This document shows, in pieces, positions 25,955 to 34,600 of a stretch of 64,000 nt of DNA (position 1 is the first letter of the stretch; each line of letters starts with the position of its first letter). Made by a program: the position numbers and the translations under genes. This DNA is from an uncultured Alphaproteobacteria bacterium (lineage in GTDB: Bacteria > Pseudomonadota > Alphaproteobacteria > CAAGCB01 > CAG-977), in the NCBI GenBank assembly GCA_934277945.1, contig CAKQWA010000002.1, positions 162,410 through 226,409 on the forward strand, read 5' to 3'. The notes under the pieces were generated by a model. The model saw nothing but the letters and a program-made list of their open reading frames with translations. It was not told where the DNA came from and searched no databases.

Positions 25955-26670
25955 CAGTCGGTTACGCTTTCAATGGAATATCCGTCGACGGAAAAGCCGA
26001 GCGGATTTTTCAAACGGTTGACATATTTCACTTCGTTTTTGGCGAAGTACCGTACCATGACCTGCACTTTCCAGCGGGACAAAGCGGGTTCTTCGGCTTC
26101 GGGAAGCATATCGCGCGTTTGCAGATACACCACCCACAAATTTTGCTGGCGCACGACGGATTCGATACGCACTTCGCGGGTCAGCCCGTCGATTTTGATG
26201 CGTTCCAGCCAATCGCGCAGAGTTTTGTTGAATTCGTTGTAAACGCGGTCGGACGACATCCAGCGGATCGGACCGTCGACGCCCCAGCGGAACGACATTT
26301 CGTCGATATCGGCGACCATGGTGTTGCGCAACAGGACGTACTGGCGGATCAACGCTTCGGTAATGATGTCGGAAGCCGCCAGATTCGCGCTGAGCGGCTG
26401 GACGCGCACGACCTGTTCGTCGCGGCTTTGGAACGTCAGCAGATACGGCTCGACGCGCTTTAACGGCAGCAAATTCCCTATGGCGAGCATTAAAACGATG
26501 TTCGCGCTCAAAGCCACGCCCGACACAATGGCGAAAGCGCGCGCCGTCCACAAATAGCGGCGTTCGCGCAACGCGTCGACGGACACTTCGGAAATTTCGG
26601 GCGTCGGAATTTTCGCCTTCGCCTTTCCGGAAGCGTTGTTTTTCTGTGCGGGAGCGGCGGGTCTAGCCAT
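25954..26670 (-). CDS. virB8: VirB8-family T4SS inner-membrane protein, paralog b
   Basis: Bitopic protein with a cytoplasmic N-terminus, the TM 'AFAIVSGVALSANIVLMLAI', and a periplasmic NTF2-like domain ending with the VirB8 hallmark 'NPLGFSVDGYSI'. Confidence 0.7.
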   Translation of the reverse strand: MARPAAPAQKNNASGKAKAKIPTPEISEVSVDALRERRYLWTARAFAIVSGVALSANIVLMLAIGNLLPLKRVEPYLLTFQSRDEQVVRVQPLSANLAASDIITEALIRQYVLLRNTMVADIDEMSFRWGVDGPIRWMSSDRVYNEFNKTLRDWLERIKIDGLTREVRIESVVRQQNLWVVYLQTRDMLPEAEEPALSRWKVQVMVRYFAKNEVKYVNRLKNPLGFSVDGYSIESVTD

Positions 26671-26691
26671 AGCGTTTCATCCTCGGTCAGA

Positions 26692-26871
26692 TTACGACAT
26701 CAACCATTCGGGCAAACCGGGTTTCAAGTCGATTTGCATACAGGCGCACGGCGATTTTTTCAATTCGGAATAATCGGGTCCTATGCCGACGGGTTCGGTT
26801 TCATAAATCGAACTGCACGCGCCCAGCGCGGCGGTCAATGCGAAAATTAAAATCAATCCTGTTTTTTTCAT
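26692..26871 (-). CDS. Small lipoprotein (59 aa), VirB7-like by position and size
   Basis: Not in the ORF track (<60 aa). The minus-strand ORF reads 'MKKTGLILIFALTAALGACSSIYETEPVGIGPDYSELKKSPCACMQIDLKPGLPEWLMS'. It has a lipoprotein-type signal with Cys at position 19 (LGAC lipobox) and sits between the two virB8 paralogs. Confidence 0.45.
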   Translation of the reverse strand: MKKTGLILIFALTAALGACSSIYETEPVGIGPDYSELKKSPCACMQIDLKPGLPEWLMS

Positions 26872-26935
26872 CGCGTTCTTCCTGTCTGTCTTTTTTTCTT
26901 TTATCCGTTTATCGACCTTTTGTCCATGAGAAAGC

Positions 26936-27640
26936 CTATTTTTTCTGCTTGGCGACGTTATATTGCATCACCGTGAAGCCCATCGGGTTTTTCAAACGGC
27001 GCGCCATGATGGCGTTAAAGGCGAAATAGCGGAATTGAATGGTGGCGATCCAGCTGGTGACAACCGGTTCGACCGCGCCTTCTTTCAGTTCGCGGGTGTC
27101 GAAAAACACCTGCCAGTTGTTCCAGCCGTCCTTGATAATGCGCTTCATGTCGACTTCGACGGTCTGTTCAATGGCTTTTTTGCCGTCGACGATGTCCTCG
27201 ACGTAGCGTGTGGCGAATTTTTCGTACACGGACGGAATGGACAGCGAAGCGATAACCCCGCCGTAGCCCCAGTTGACTTTCATTTCGCGCAGATTCTGCA
27301 CGACGGAGTGGCGAACGGACACATATTGACGCACATACATTTCCGCCAGCGTGTCCATTTTGGGCGCGTCGGCGTGAAGCGGCTCGAAATAAGCGAGATT
27401 TTCGGAAAAAGTCGGCGACGTGACGACGAACGTGTTCGCCTCCGCCTCGCCCGCCAGATGCAGCAGCATCAGGGACAAAAGCGCGGAGGTCGCCGTAAAG
27501 AAAAAGCACAAAGCGCCGAAAATGCGCGATATCCACATAAACTGCGTGGCGCGGTTTTCGGCAATGGCTTCCGCGCGGCGTTTTGCGGCGTTAATGGCGG
27601 CGTTTTGAGCCTTTTTAAGTTGCGTATAATTTTTTTCCAT
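26936..27640 (-). CDS. virB8: VirB8-family T4SS inner-membrane protein, paralog a
   Basis: 234 aa with the TM 'IFGALCFFFTATSALLSLMLLHL' and a periplasmic domain ending 'NPMGFTVMQYNV', the NPxGF VirB8 motif. It is the first gene of the cluster. Confidence 0.7.
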   Translation of the reverse strand: MEKNYTQLKKAQNAAINAAKRRAEAIAENRATQFMWISRIFGALCFFFTATSALLSLMLLHLAGEAEANTFVVTSPTFSENLAYFEPLHADAPKMDTLAEMYVRQYVSVRHSVVQNLREMKVNWGYGGVIASLSIPSVYEKFATRYVEDIVDGKKAIEQTVEVDMKRIIKDGWNNWQVFFDTRELKEGAVEPVVTSWIATIQFRYFAFNAIMARRLKNPMGFTVMQYNVAKQKK

Positions 27641-27680
27641 TCTTCTATATTGTGCTTATTTCGTTAAAAATATCTTTCTT

Positions 27681-28388
27681 TTACGCGCCGGAAACGAACT
27701 TTTCCAAAGAGACCGCAAGCGCGGCGAACGCTTCGCCGTCAATGCAGTGCCCCATGCCGTTCACGGCGTGGAACGAAACGTCGCATCCGGCGGATTTCAG
27801 GAAACTCCGCGTCAGTTCGCAGGCGGGATACGGCACGACGGGGTCGGCGGTGCCGTGAATCAGCGCGACGGGCGGGGTCGAGCGCACGCTTTCCCTGTCG
27901 AACAGCGGGGGACAAAACACCGGACAGCAGGCGGACATACCGATAATGCCCGCCGCTTGCTCTTTTGCAAGCAATCCGGTCAATATGGCAAGCAAACCGC
28001 CCTGCGAAAAGCCCGCCAGCACGATTTTCGACATCGGCAGGGAACACGCTTTTGCGATTTGAGCGACGTAATCCGCCGTCAGTTCCGCCGCCTTCAACGC
28101 GTCGGGCATCAGTTCAAAAAAGATGTCGCGCGGATTGCGCCCCGCTTCGACGTCCTCGAAAAAATGCGGCAAATCGAACCACGCGCGCATATTGACGAAA
28201 GCGGGCGTGTTCGGCACGTCTTCGGGCGCGTCGGGAAAGAAAAAGGCGGTGTCGGGGACTGCGCGCGCCAAATACGGCGCCAATTCCGCCAAATCCGAAC
28301 CGTTCGAGCCGTATCCGTGAAAGAACACGGCGGCGGATGACGGATTTGCGGCGCCCTTGCGCACGGTTGTCAAAGAAAAAGCGGTCAT
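27681..28388 (-). CDS. Phospholipase/carboxylesterase-family alpha/beta hydrolase
   Basis: 235 aa with the nucleophile elbow 'GFSQGG' and His in a C-terminal 'GMGH' motif. It is co-oriented with virB8a and lies 40 bp upstream of it. Confidence 0.65.
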   Translation of the reverse strand: MTAFSLTTVRKGAANPSSAAVFFHGYGSNGSDLAELAPYLARAVPDTAFFFPDAPEDVPNTPAFVNMRAWFDLPHFFEDVEAGRNPRDIFFELMPDALKAAELTADYVAQIAKACSLPMSKIVLAGFSQGGLLAILTGLLAKEQAAGIIGMSACCPVFCPPLFDRESVRSTPPVALIHGTADPVVPYPACELTRSFLKSAGCDVSFHAVNGMGHCIDGEAFAALAVSLEKFVSGA

Positions 28389-28484
28389 AAAAATCCCCCT
28401 TGCGAACGAAAAAAGTTTACAAAACGGCGGTTTTGTTTTTTTATGGATTTAACGGATTTTATACTGAAAAAGGAGCGCGCTTCA

Positions 28485-29030
28485 ATGTTAATTGACAGAA
28501 ACGATTCAACTTTGCTGATTATCGACGTGCAAGAGCATCTGACGCCCGCGCTGAAAACGCCGCGCGATGTCATCACGGGGACGGAAAGACTGGCGAAAGG
28601 TGCGAAAATGCTGGGCGTTCCGGTCATTGCGACGGAGCAGTATCCCAAAGGGCTTGGTCCGACGATGTTCGACGTGCGTTCGGTTCTCGCGCCGGAAGAT
28701 TTCTTTGAAAAATGCGCGTTTTCGGTCTTGGCGCAGGACGGGTTCAAGGAACGTCTGGAAGCGCACGGCAAAAAGCAGGTGATTATCACGGGCGCGGAAA
28801 TGCACATCTGCGTTCTGCAAAGCGCGATCGCGTTAAAAGAAAGCGGCTATTTTCCGTTTGTGGTTGAAAACGCGTGTTCCAGCCGCTTCGACCGCGATTT
28901 TCTGGCGGCGAAAGACCGCCTGACGCAAGAGGGGATTCCGCTTGTAACGGTTGAAATGGTGCTGTTCGAGTGGTTGCGCACGTCAAAAGCGCCGGAATTC
29001 AAACAGGTGCAGTCGCAACTGGTTTATTAA
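28485..29030 (+). CDS. Isochorismatase-family cysteine hydrolase
   Basis: 'STLLIIDVQEHLTP' followed by a 'GAEMHICV' segment typical of the isochorismatase fold. The start was set at the internal 'MLIDRNDS'. Confidence 0.6.
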   Translation: MLIDRNDSTLLIIDVQEHLTPALKTPRDVITGTERLAKGAKMLGVPVIATEQYPKGLGPTMFDVRSVLAPEDFFEKCAFSVLAQDGFKERLEAHGKKQVIITGAEMHICVLQSAIALKESGYFPFVVENACSSRFDRDFLAAKDRLTQEGIPLVTVEMVLFEWLRTSKAPEFKQVQSQLVY

Positions 29031-29039
29031 GGGAAAGCG

Positions 29040-29735
29040 ATGTCGAAAAAGCAAGTCGTGCTGTTGCCCGCGCTGTTGTGCACGCCGGAAATTTTCATCA
29101 ATCAGATTCACGCGTTGCAGCCGCACGCGGACTTTCACACGCCGGACACGACGAAGCGCGCGGATATTGCGTCTTTGGCGAAAGACATTCTGGACGGCGC
29201 GCCGGAACGGTTCGCTCTGGCGGGGATTTCAATGGGCGGCTACGTCGCGTTCGAGATTCTGCGTCAAGCGCCGGAACGCGTGACGGATTTGATATTGATG
29301 GACACGTCCGCCCTGCCCGACGCGCCGGAAAAGCGCGCGAAACGGGCGCAGATTGTGGAATTGGCGAAAGCGCGGGGCATTGAAAGCGTCGTGCCCGCCG
29401 TTTTGCAAAGCCTGCTCGCCCCGCAGTATCGCGACTTGTCGCAGTTGGGGCGTTTCATGACGTTCATGGCGCAGACAATCGGCGTTCAGGGGTTCGCCAA
29501 TCAGCAAAGCGTCATCGCCTCGCGTCCTGATTCGACGGATTTGCTGGGACAAATCGACATTCCGACAACGGTGGTCGGCGGCGCGTGCGACGAAGTGACA
29601 CCGATTGACAAAATGCGCGAACTGGCGGCGCAAATTCCGCACGCGCGCTTTGTATCCGTCGCGGACAGCGGGCATCTGCCGCCTTTGGAAAATCCGGCGG
29701 CGGTCACCCGCATCTTCCAAGACGCGTTACTTTGA
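29040..29735 (+). CDS. Alpha/beta-fold hydrolase
   Basis: 231 aa with 'GISMGGYVA' (GxSxG) and Asp/His residues in the C-terminal half. It starts 9 bp after the isochorismatase gene. Confidence 0.65.
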   Translation: MSKKQVVLLPALLCTPEIFINQIHALQPHADFHTPDTTKRADIASLAKDILDGAPERFALAGISMGGYVAFEILRQAPERVTDLILMDTSALPDAPEKRAKRAQIVELAKARGIESVVPAVLQSLLAPQYRDLSQLGRFMTFMAQTIGVQGFANQQSVIASRPDSTDLLGQIDIPTTVVGGACDEVTPIDKMRELAAQIPHARFVSVADSGHLPPLENPAAVTRIFQDALL

Positions 29736-30716
29736 TTTCCTGTTTTTCTCGCGGAAAGCCTTGATGCGCGCCTGCTGGCGTTCCTTGTAGAGTTGCTTTT
29801 TGGACTTCGGCGTGCCGTCGTCGTTGTACAGGCGGATGCCGTATTCGTCTTTCAAAGCGGACACGTCGTTGCCGGTGATTGAAGCGGACGGCGCGGACGC
29901 GGCGGGCGCGTTCTGGACGGCGGTTTCAGCCGCCTGATTGTTTTTCGCGCTCTGTTTCGCGTTTGACTTTTTAGCGTTTTTCGACGCGGGCTTTGTCTGT
30001 TTCGCCGTTTTGTCGTCTTTGACGGCGGCTTTCTTGCCGGCGGCGTTCTTCAAGTCTTTGGCGGGCTTCGCTTCTTTTTTCTGCGTATCGGCGGATTGAA
30101 CGGCGGACGCTTTTTTCATCTTGGTGACAGCCGCGCCGGAAACGCACTCCTTGCCGCTCCAATACGGCGTTTTGCGGTTGCAGATGTCGCATTTTTGGAA
30201 TTTGACGCACACAAGCGTGCCGTCGTCGTCAATGCCGGAAACGGCTTGATCGCCGGCGTCTTCACCCTCGACGGAAGCGTTCTGCGGCGCGGGCGCGGCG
30301 GATTTTTCAGAAGCCGCCTCCTCCTGCTTTTTCTGTTTTTCCTCGGCGGCTTTTTGCTTGGCAAGATCGGCTTCCTGCTGTTTGCGCAACTTGCGCAGGC
30401 GTTCGACTTCCTTGCGCGCTTCTTCTTGCTTGGCTTCAAATTCCTTGCGGTATTCGGTGTGCGATTTCACCGCCTGCCCGCCGCCCAAAACCCACGGTTG
30501 AGCGCGCCGGCGGGAGTGAATTCCCAGCATATCCTCGGCGGTGGTGTCGGTCGTGTCGTATCCGGCGCGGTCGTCATTTTGGATTTGTTCGGGCGTGTAG
30601 ACGGCATACGCGCCGCCGACGCCGGTCGGATCGCCGGAAGAACCCAAACGCTGTTGCGCGTGCGCGGGCAAGCCGGCGGCAATCAGCAAAGCGGAGAAAA
30701 GAAACCATTTTTTCAT
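29727..30716 (-). CDS. Secreted Lys/Ala/Glu-rich low-complexity protein with a CxxC...CxxC-like cysteine cluster
   Basis: Signal peptide 'MKKWFLFSALLIAAGLPAHA'. It has coiled-coil-like KQEEA repeats and the cluster 'CVKFQKCDICNRKTPYWSGKEC'. It is the third gene of the cluster that follows the 2141-aa protein. Confidence 0.45.
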   Translation of the reverse strand: MKKWFLFSALLIAAGLPAHAQQRLGSSGDPTGVGGAYAVYTPEQIQNDDRAGYDTTDTTAEDMLGIHSRRRAQPWVLGGGQAVKSHTEYRKEFEAKQEEARKEVERLRKLRKQQEADLAKQKAAEEKQKKQEEAASEKSAAPAPQNASVEGEDAGDQAVSGIDDDGTLVCVKFQKCDICNRKTPYWSGKECVSGAAVTKMKKASAVQSADTQKKEAKPAKDLKNAAGKKAAVKDDKTAKQTKPASKNAKKSNAKQSAKNNQAAETAVQNAPAASAPSASITGNDVSALKDEYGIRLYNDDGTPKSKKQLYKERQQARIKAFREKNRKSK

Positions 30717-30728
30717 GACAAATCTCCT

Positions 30729-31559
30729 TTACAAACAGGATCTGTAACGCACGACGCAGGACGCGCCCTTGTATTTCAGCAATTCGACGGCGACCATGTA
30801 CTTTTCAAGCGAGGTGACGCCCTCTTGCGCGCGAATGAAGTTGACGACGCCTTTGGGCAGGAAAACGGCGTTTTTGTCGTCGATGCCCTTGGCGTAAATG
30901 CGGTAGACGGTGGAAGCCTGATCTTCGCCGCCGGAAAATTCGGTGAACGTGCCGTCGTCGTTTCTGGTCATGCGCTTTAAGAAGCCCAAATGCTTGCTCC
31001 CCGGTTCGCGCAAATCGACGGCTTGGAACAGATAGTGCATACTTTTGGTGGCGTAGCGGTAGGGCACGCGCCCGTAAGTGACGACCATGGCGACGGTGTC
31101 GTTGTTGTCGGCGGACAGACTGCACTCGGCGTTGTCGACGGCGGCGGTCAGCACGGGCTCGTCGATTGTCCCGCGCACGCAGAAGTACGCGCTGGTGAAG
31201 CCGTCCGCCATTTTAAGATATTTGTAGGCGTTGATGTGATATCTGCCGCCCTCCGCCAGTTCGGAATTTCCGGCGACTTTGCCGTTCGCGCCGACGGTGA
31301 AGATGATTCCGGAATCGGCGGGGTATTTGGGTTTTGCCTCGCCGACAATGACGGAGGACGCACCCTGCTTTATGGCTTTGTCGTAAACGGTCAGTTTTTT
31401 GGTCGCGTATTCCGCCGCCATTTTGTTTTGTTGCAGCATGGACGACACCATGGCTTCGTACACGGGGACGACGTAATCGTCGGGAGCCTTGGCGACTTCG
31501 CCGAATTTCCCCCATGCGAGCATGGAAATCAAGCTGGCTAAAACGACCCAAAAAAACAT
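30729..31559 (-). CDS. Hypothetical protein with an N-terminal hydrophobic anchor or signal
   Basis: 276 aa with the N-terminus 'MFFWVVLASLISMLAWGKFGEVA'. It lies 56 bp downstream of the giant TadE-like gene. Confidence 0.45.
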   Translation of the reverse strand: MFFWVVLASLISMLAWGKFGEVAKAPDDYVVPVYEAMVSSMLQQNKMAAEYATKKLTVYDKAIKQGASSVIVGEAKPKYPADSGIIFTVGANGKVAGNSELAEGGRYHINAYKYLKMADGFTSAYFCVRGTIDEPVLTAAVDNAECSLSADNNDTVAMVVTYGRVPYRYATKSMHYLFQAVDLREPGSKHLGFLKRMTRNDDGTFTEFSGGEDQASTVYRIYAKGIDDKNAVFLPKGVVNFIRAQEGVTSLEKYMVAVELLKYKGASCVVRYRSCL

Positions 31560-31615
31560 GGCGTTAATCCTTTTGTTGCAGGCGGGGCGTTCGCGGGGAA
31601 CGTCCCGCCCGTTCG

Positions 31616-34600
31616 TTATTTATGCTTCATGAGCAGATTCGGGTTGTCAACCGGTCTGACGCGCCGCTGTTCGTAATCCATGTACGCGTTCGGGAAGTTG
31701 AAGTTCTGCGGATCGAAGTAGCAGTAGGTGTGCACCAGCGCCTGCATCGAGCCGGAGAAAATGCCGCCCATGTTCCAGAAGTAATCCGGCGAAGTGGCGG
31801 ACGTTTTGACCTTGTTCGGCGTCACGGTGCCCATGGCGACCGCCCAACCGCACAAAGTTTTCCCGCCGTATGCACCGCAATCGTAACGGGTCGTATCGGT
31901 GCGCAACCTTGTATCCATTGTAATTTGCAGACAATTTGCCGGCGAGTTCGCGCACAGCGGCTTCGCGGCGACGGCGATGCGCGTCGCGGGCTGGTAGATG
32001 AACGGCACTTCCGTGCGGTAGTCCTGATGTCCGAAGTTCTGGAAACGCCGGCTTGTCTGAATGACGTCCGCCAGATACCTGTTCGGCTGATCGGGATCCG
32101 TATGCGCCTCCCAACCGTAAGTGGGGTCGCCCTCTTGCGAGTCGTCTTCTTCGACAATGGGCAGTTTGCTCAAATCGTTCACGACGTAAAATTCGCCGCC
32201 CGTCGTCGTCGGACCGATAGGAATGGTGCTTGCCGTCGAATTCGACCCCGCGTCGATGAAGATGACCTTGCCCACGTCGAACGCTGTCGGCGTGACGGTC
32301 ATAACGGGCAGATAACCGGCGGGGCAAATGCCTGCCAAATGGTCGTCAATCCCGACAACGCTGCTTCTGCTTGAAGAGTTATACGATGTAAAGCTCACAT
32401 ACATCCCCGGCGCCGGCACGACCCCCATGAACGGGTGGGTCAGACAGCCCGCGGACGACCCGCCGGAACAATGGTAATAATTGTTCGCGGCGTAGGACAC
32501 GAACATGGAACGCGGGTTGACGTTGTACGCCTTGTAGCCGCTTGCGTTCAGCGTGCAGTAGTTTTTGTACCCGAAGCGGTTCATCAGCGAGCAGTCGGTT
32601 TCCCACGCCTCCATGTAATAACTGTTGCGGCTGGCATAGTGGTACTTGTCCAACGTGGCGTTGTTCGTGTCCATATACCGAGCCGGCTCTTTCGCCAATC
32701 TGCCGCGCGGCACGACGAACGAGCAGTTTCCGGGGTTGGAGTTGTAGTAGTTGTAATAACCGTCTTTCCAACCGTCTTCTTTATACATATTTCTTGTCGT
32801 CGCATCGGTTGTGTCGCAGGGCCACGGACCTTTCGCGTATTGGTTGGTTAATGTGTAGATCGACTTCAACACATAGTTCGGCAGAATGTCGCTCAAATTC
32901 GCACCGCCGCGGCTGGTCAGCTTGATGTCGTTCATGACGGACACATACGCGGGGTCCAAACGGAAAGCGTCATAGATTTCCTTGGGTACGTTGGATGTAC
33001 TGCCGTATCTGAACATGGAGGAAGTCGGCTGATACGACTGACCGTCGCCCAGCGCATAACTGTCCCTGCGTCCCGTGGAATAGTTGTAACCGCCGGTTGC
33101 AGTGTCGTTGTCAATCTTTCGAACCTGACGGAACGTCTCGCTGCTGGTATAAGTGTAATATGTCGCATTGTTCCTCCAGTTTATCGTTTGATCCACAGTA
33201 TCGCCGAACTTGCGGGCTTCGTCCCTGTTGACTTCGATGTAGCCGTCCCTGATTTTCCAGTAGCGCGTATCCAAGTCGATGCCTGCCTGACCGTTTCCGG
33301 CAAGTTGCAATCTGCCGTACGACGTGGTTGCCGAACCGTTCCAAGAAGTGTTCGCGGGCTGGTGGACGATTGTCGAAAATTCGGCGATCGGCGGCGTGCC
33401 GTGCGTCGTGTCCGAGCCGTATTGCGACGTGATAATCAAACCGCCGATGATTTTGTTCTGCGCGCCCATGGTGTAGAAACGGGGATCCGCCCTTGTCGCG
33501 TACCTCGGTACGTCAGAACTTAAAGATACGGAGTTCACCAGCGTCGGATTCGGCATGAAATTTTGCGAAACGACGCTCGACTTATTCGGAAGTTTATAAA
33601 AACGCGTATCCGCGCTATTCGTTGAAATTCTGCCGAACGGCGCCCCGTTCAAACCCGAACCGACAGCGTTAATCTGCTCTCTTTGGGTTATAAAGCCGAA
33701 TCTGGCATTTTGCCAGCCTTGCGGCGAATTCGCCGTAAATGCAGTATCAAGCGTTTGTTCGCCCGTACCGACCACAACGCCGGCGGTCGCCCCCAACTTC
33801 AAGTTCATGCCGACGGCGGAAAAGTCGTTCCAAGCAGTACTGTCCGGAACGCGCACAATGTTGCCAAGCAAACCGGACGTGACGTGTATGCCCGAATCGC
33901 CGATCGCCATATAGTCTTGACGGTACGACACGTCGGAAAGCAACTGGCTCTGCGCAAATCTTCTCATTGACGTGCCGGGGGTTTGCGACACGGCAAGCGT
34001 CGTCAAATCGGACGTCGCCGTCAGCAAATTGAAAGTGTCGTAATGGATGCCGCCGGTGCTTCCCGCCGTCATGTTCAACGAAGCGCGCTCCGTCGTATAC
34101 TGTCCTGTCGCTTTGAAAAAGTCGGACGTGGCGCGGTGCTGGTTCTGCCATTCCTCAATGTTGCGGAACGGCGTGCGCGGGTCGAAAAGCACGCGTTCCG
34201 TGCGCAACGAGGAACGCAGTTGCGGCAAAGCGGTGTCCTGAACGCTCGCGTACGAGTCCATTTCCAGCGTCGACCCTTGCAACAGACCGGTGGAGCCGTA
34301 TTCGTCTTCACCCGTAATGTTTTCAGCCACGGCGACCGCCGACAAGTTCAGCGACGGAATGTAGGACAAATGATACCAAGAGTTGTATTGCGCATCCCGT
34401 TTATGATCCGAACGCGGTTGCGACAGCGAGTGCGACCGCAATTTCAACTGCGCCGCCTTTGTCAGCGATTTCCATACTTCGTTGTTGCGCGCGGCTTCCG
34501 AAACCTGTCCGCTTAAAATGTACCCTTTGTGCACGTCGGACGAAACGGCGGACAAAGTCGCCACAGGCGAAGCCGGTTGCATGGCGTCCTGATACGACGA

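Noticed and set aside
15879-28388. Interpretation of the T4SS cluster as part of an integrative conjugative element or prophage
   Set aside because: No integrase, relaxase, oriT-like repeats, tRNA-adjacent attachment site or direct repeats are visible flanking the cluster within the window. It is flanked by ordinary metabolic and flagellar genes. This cannot be excluded beyond the window edges.
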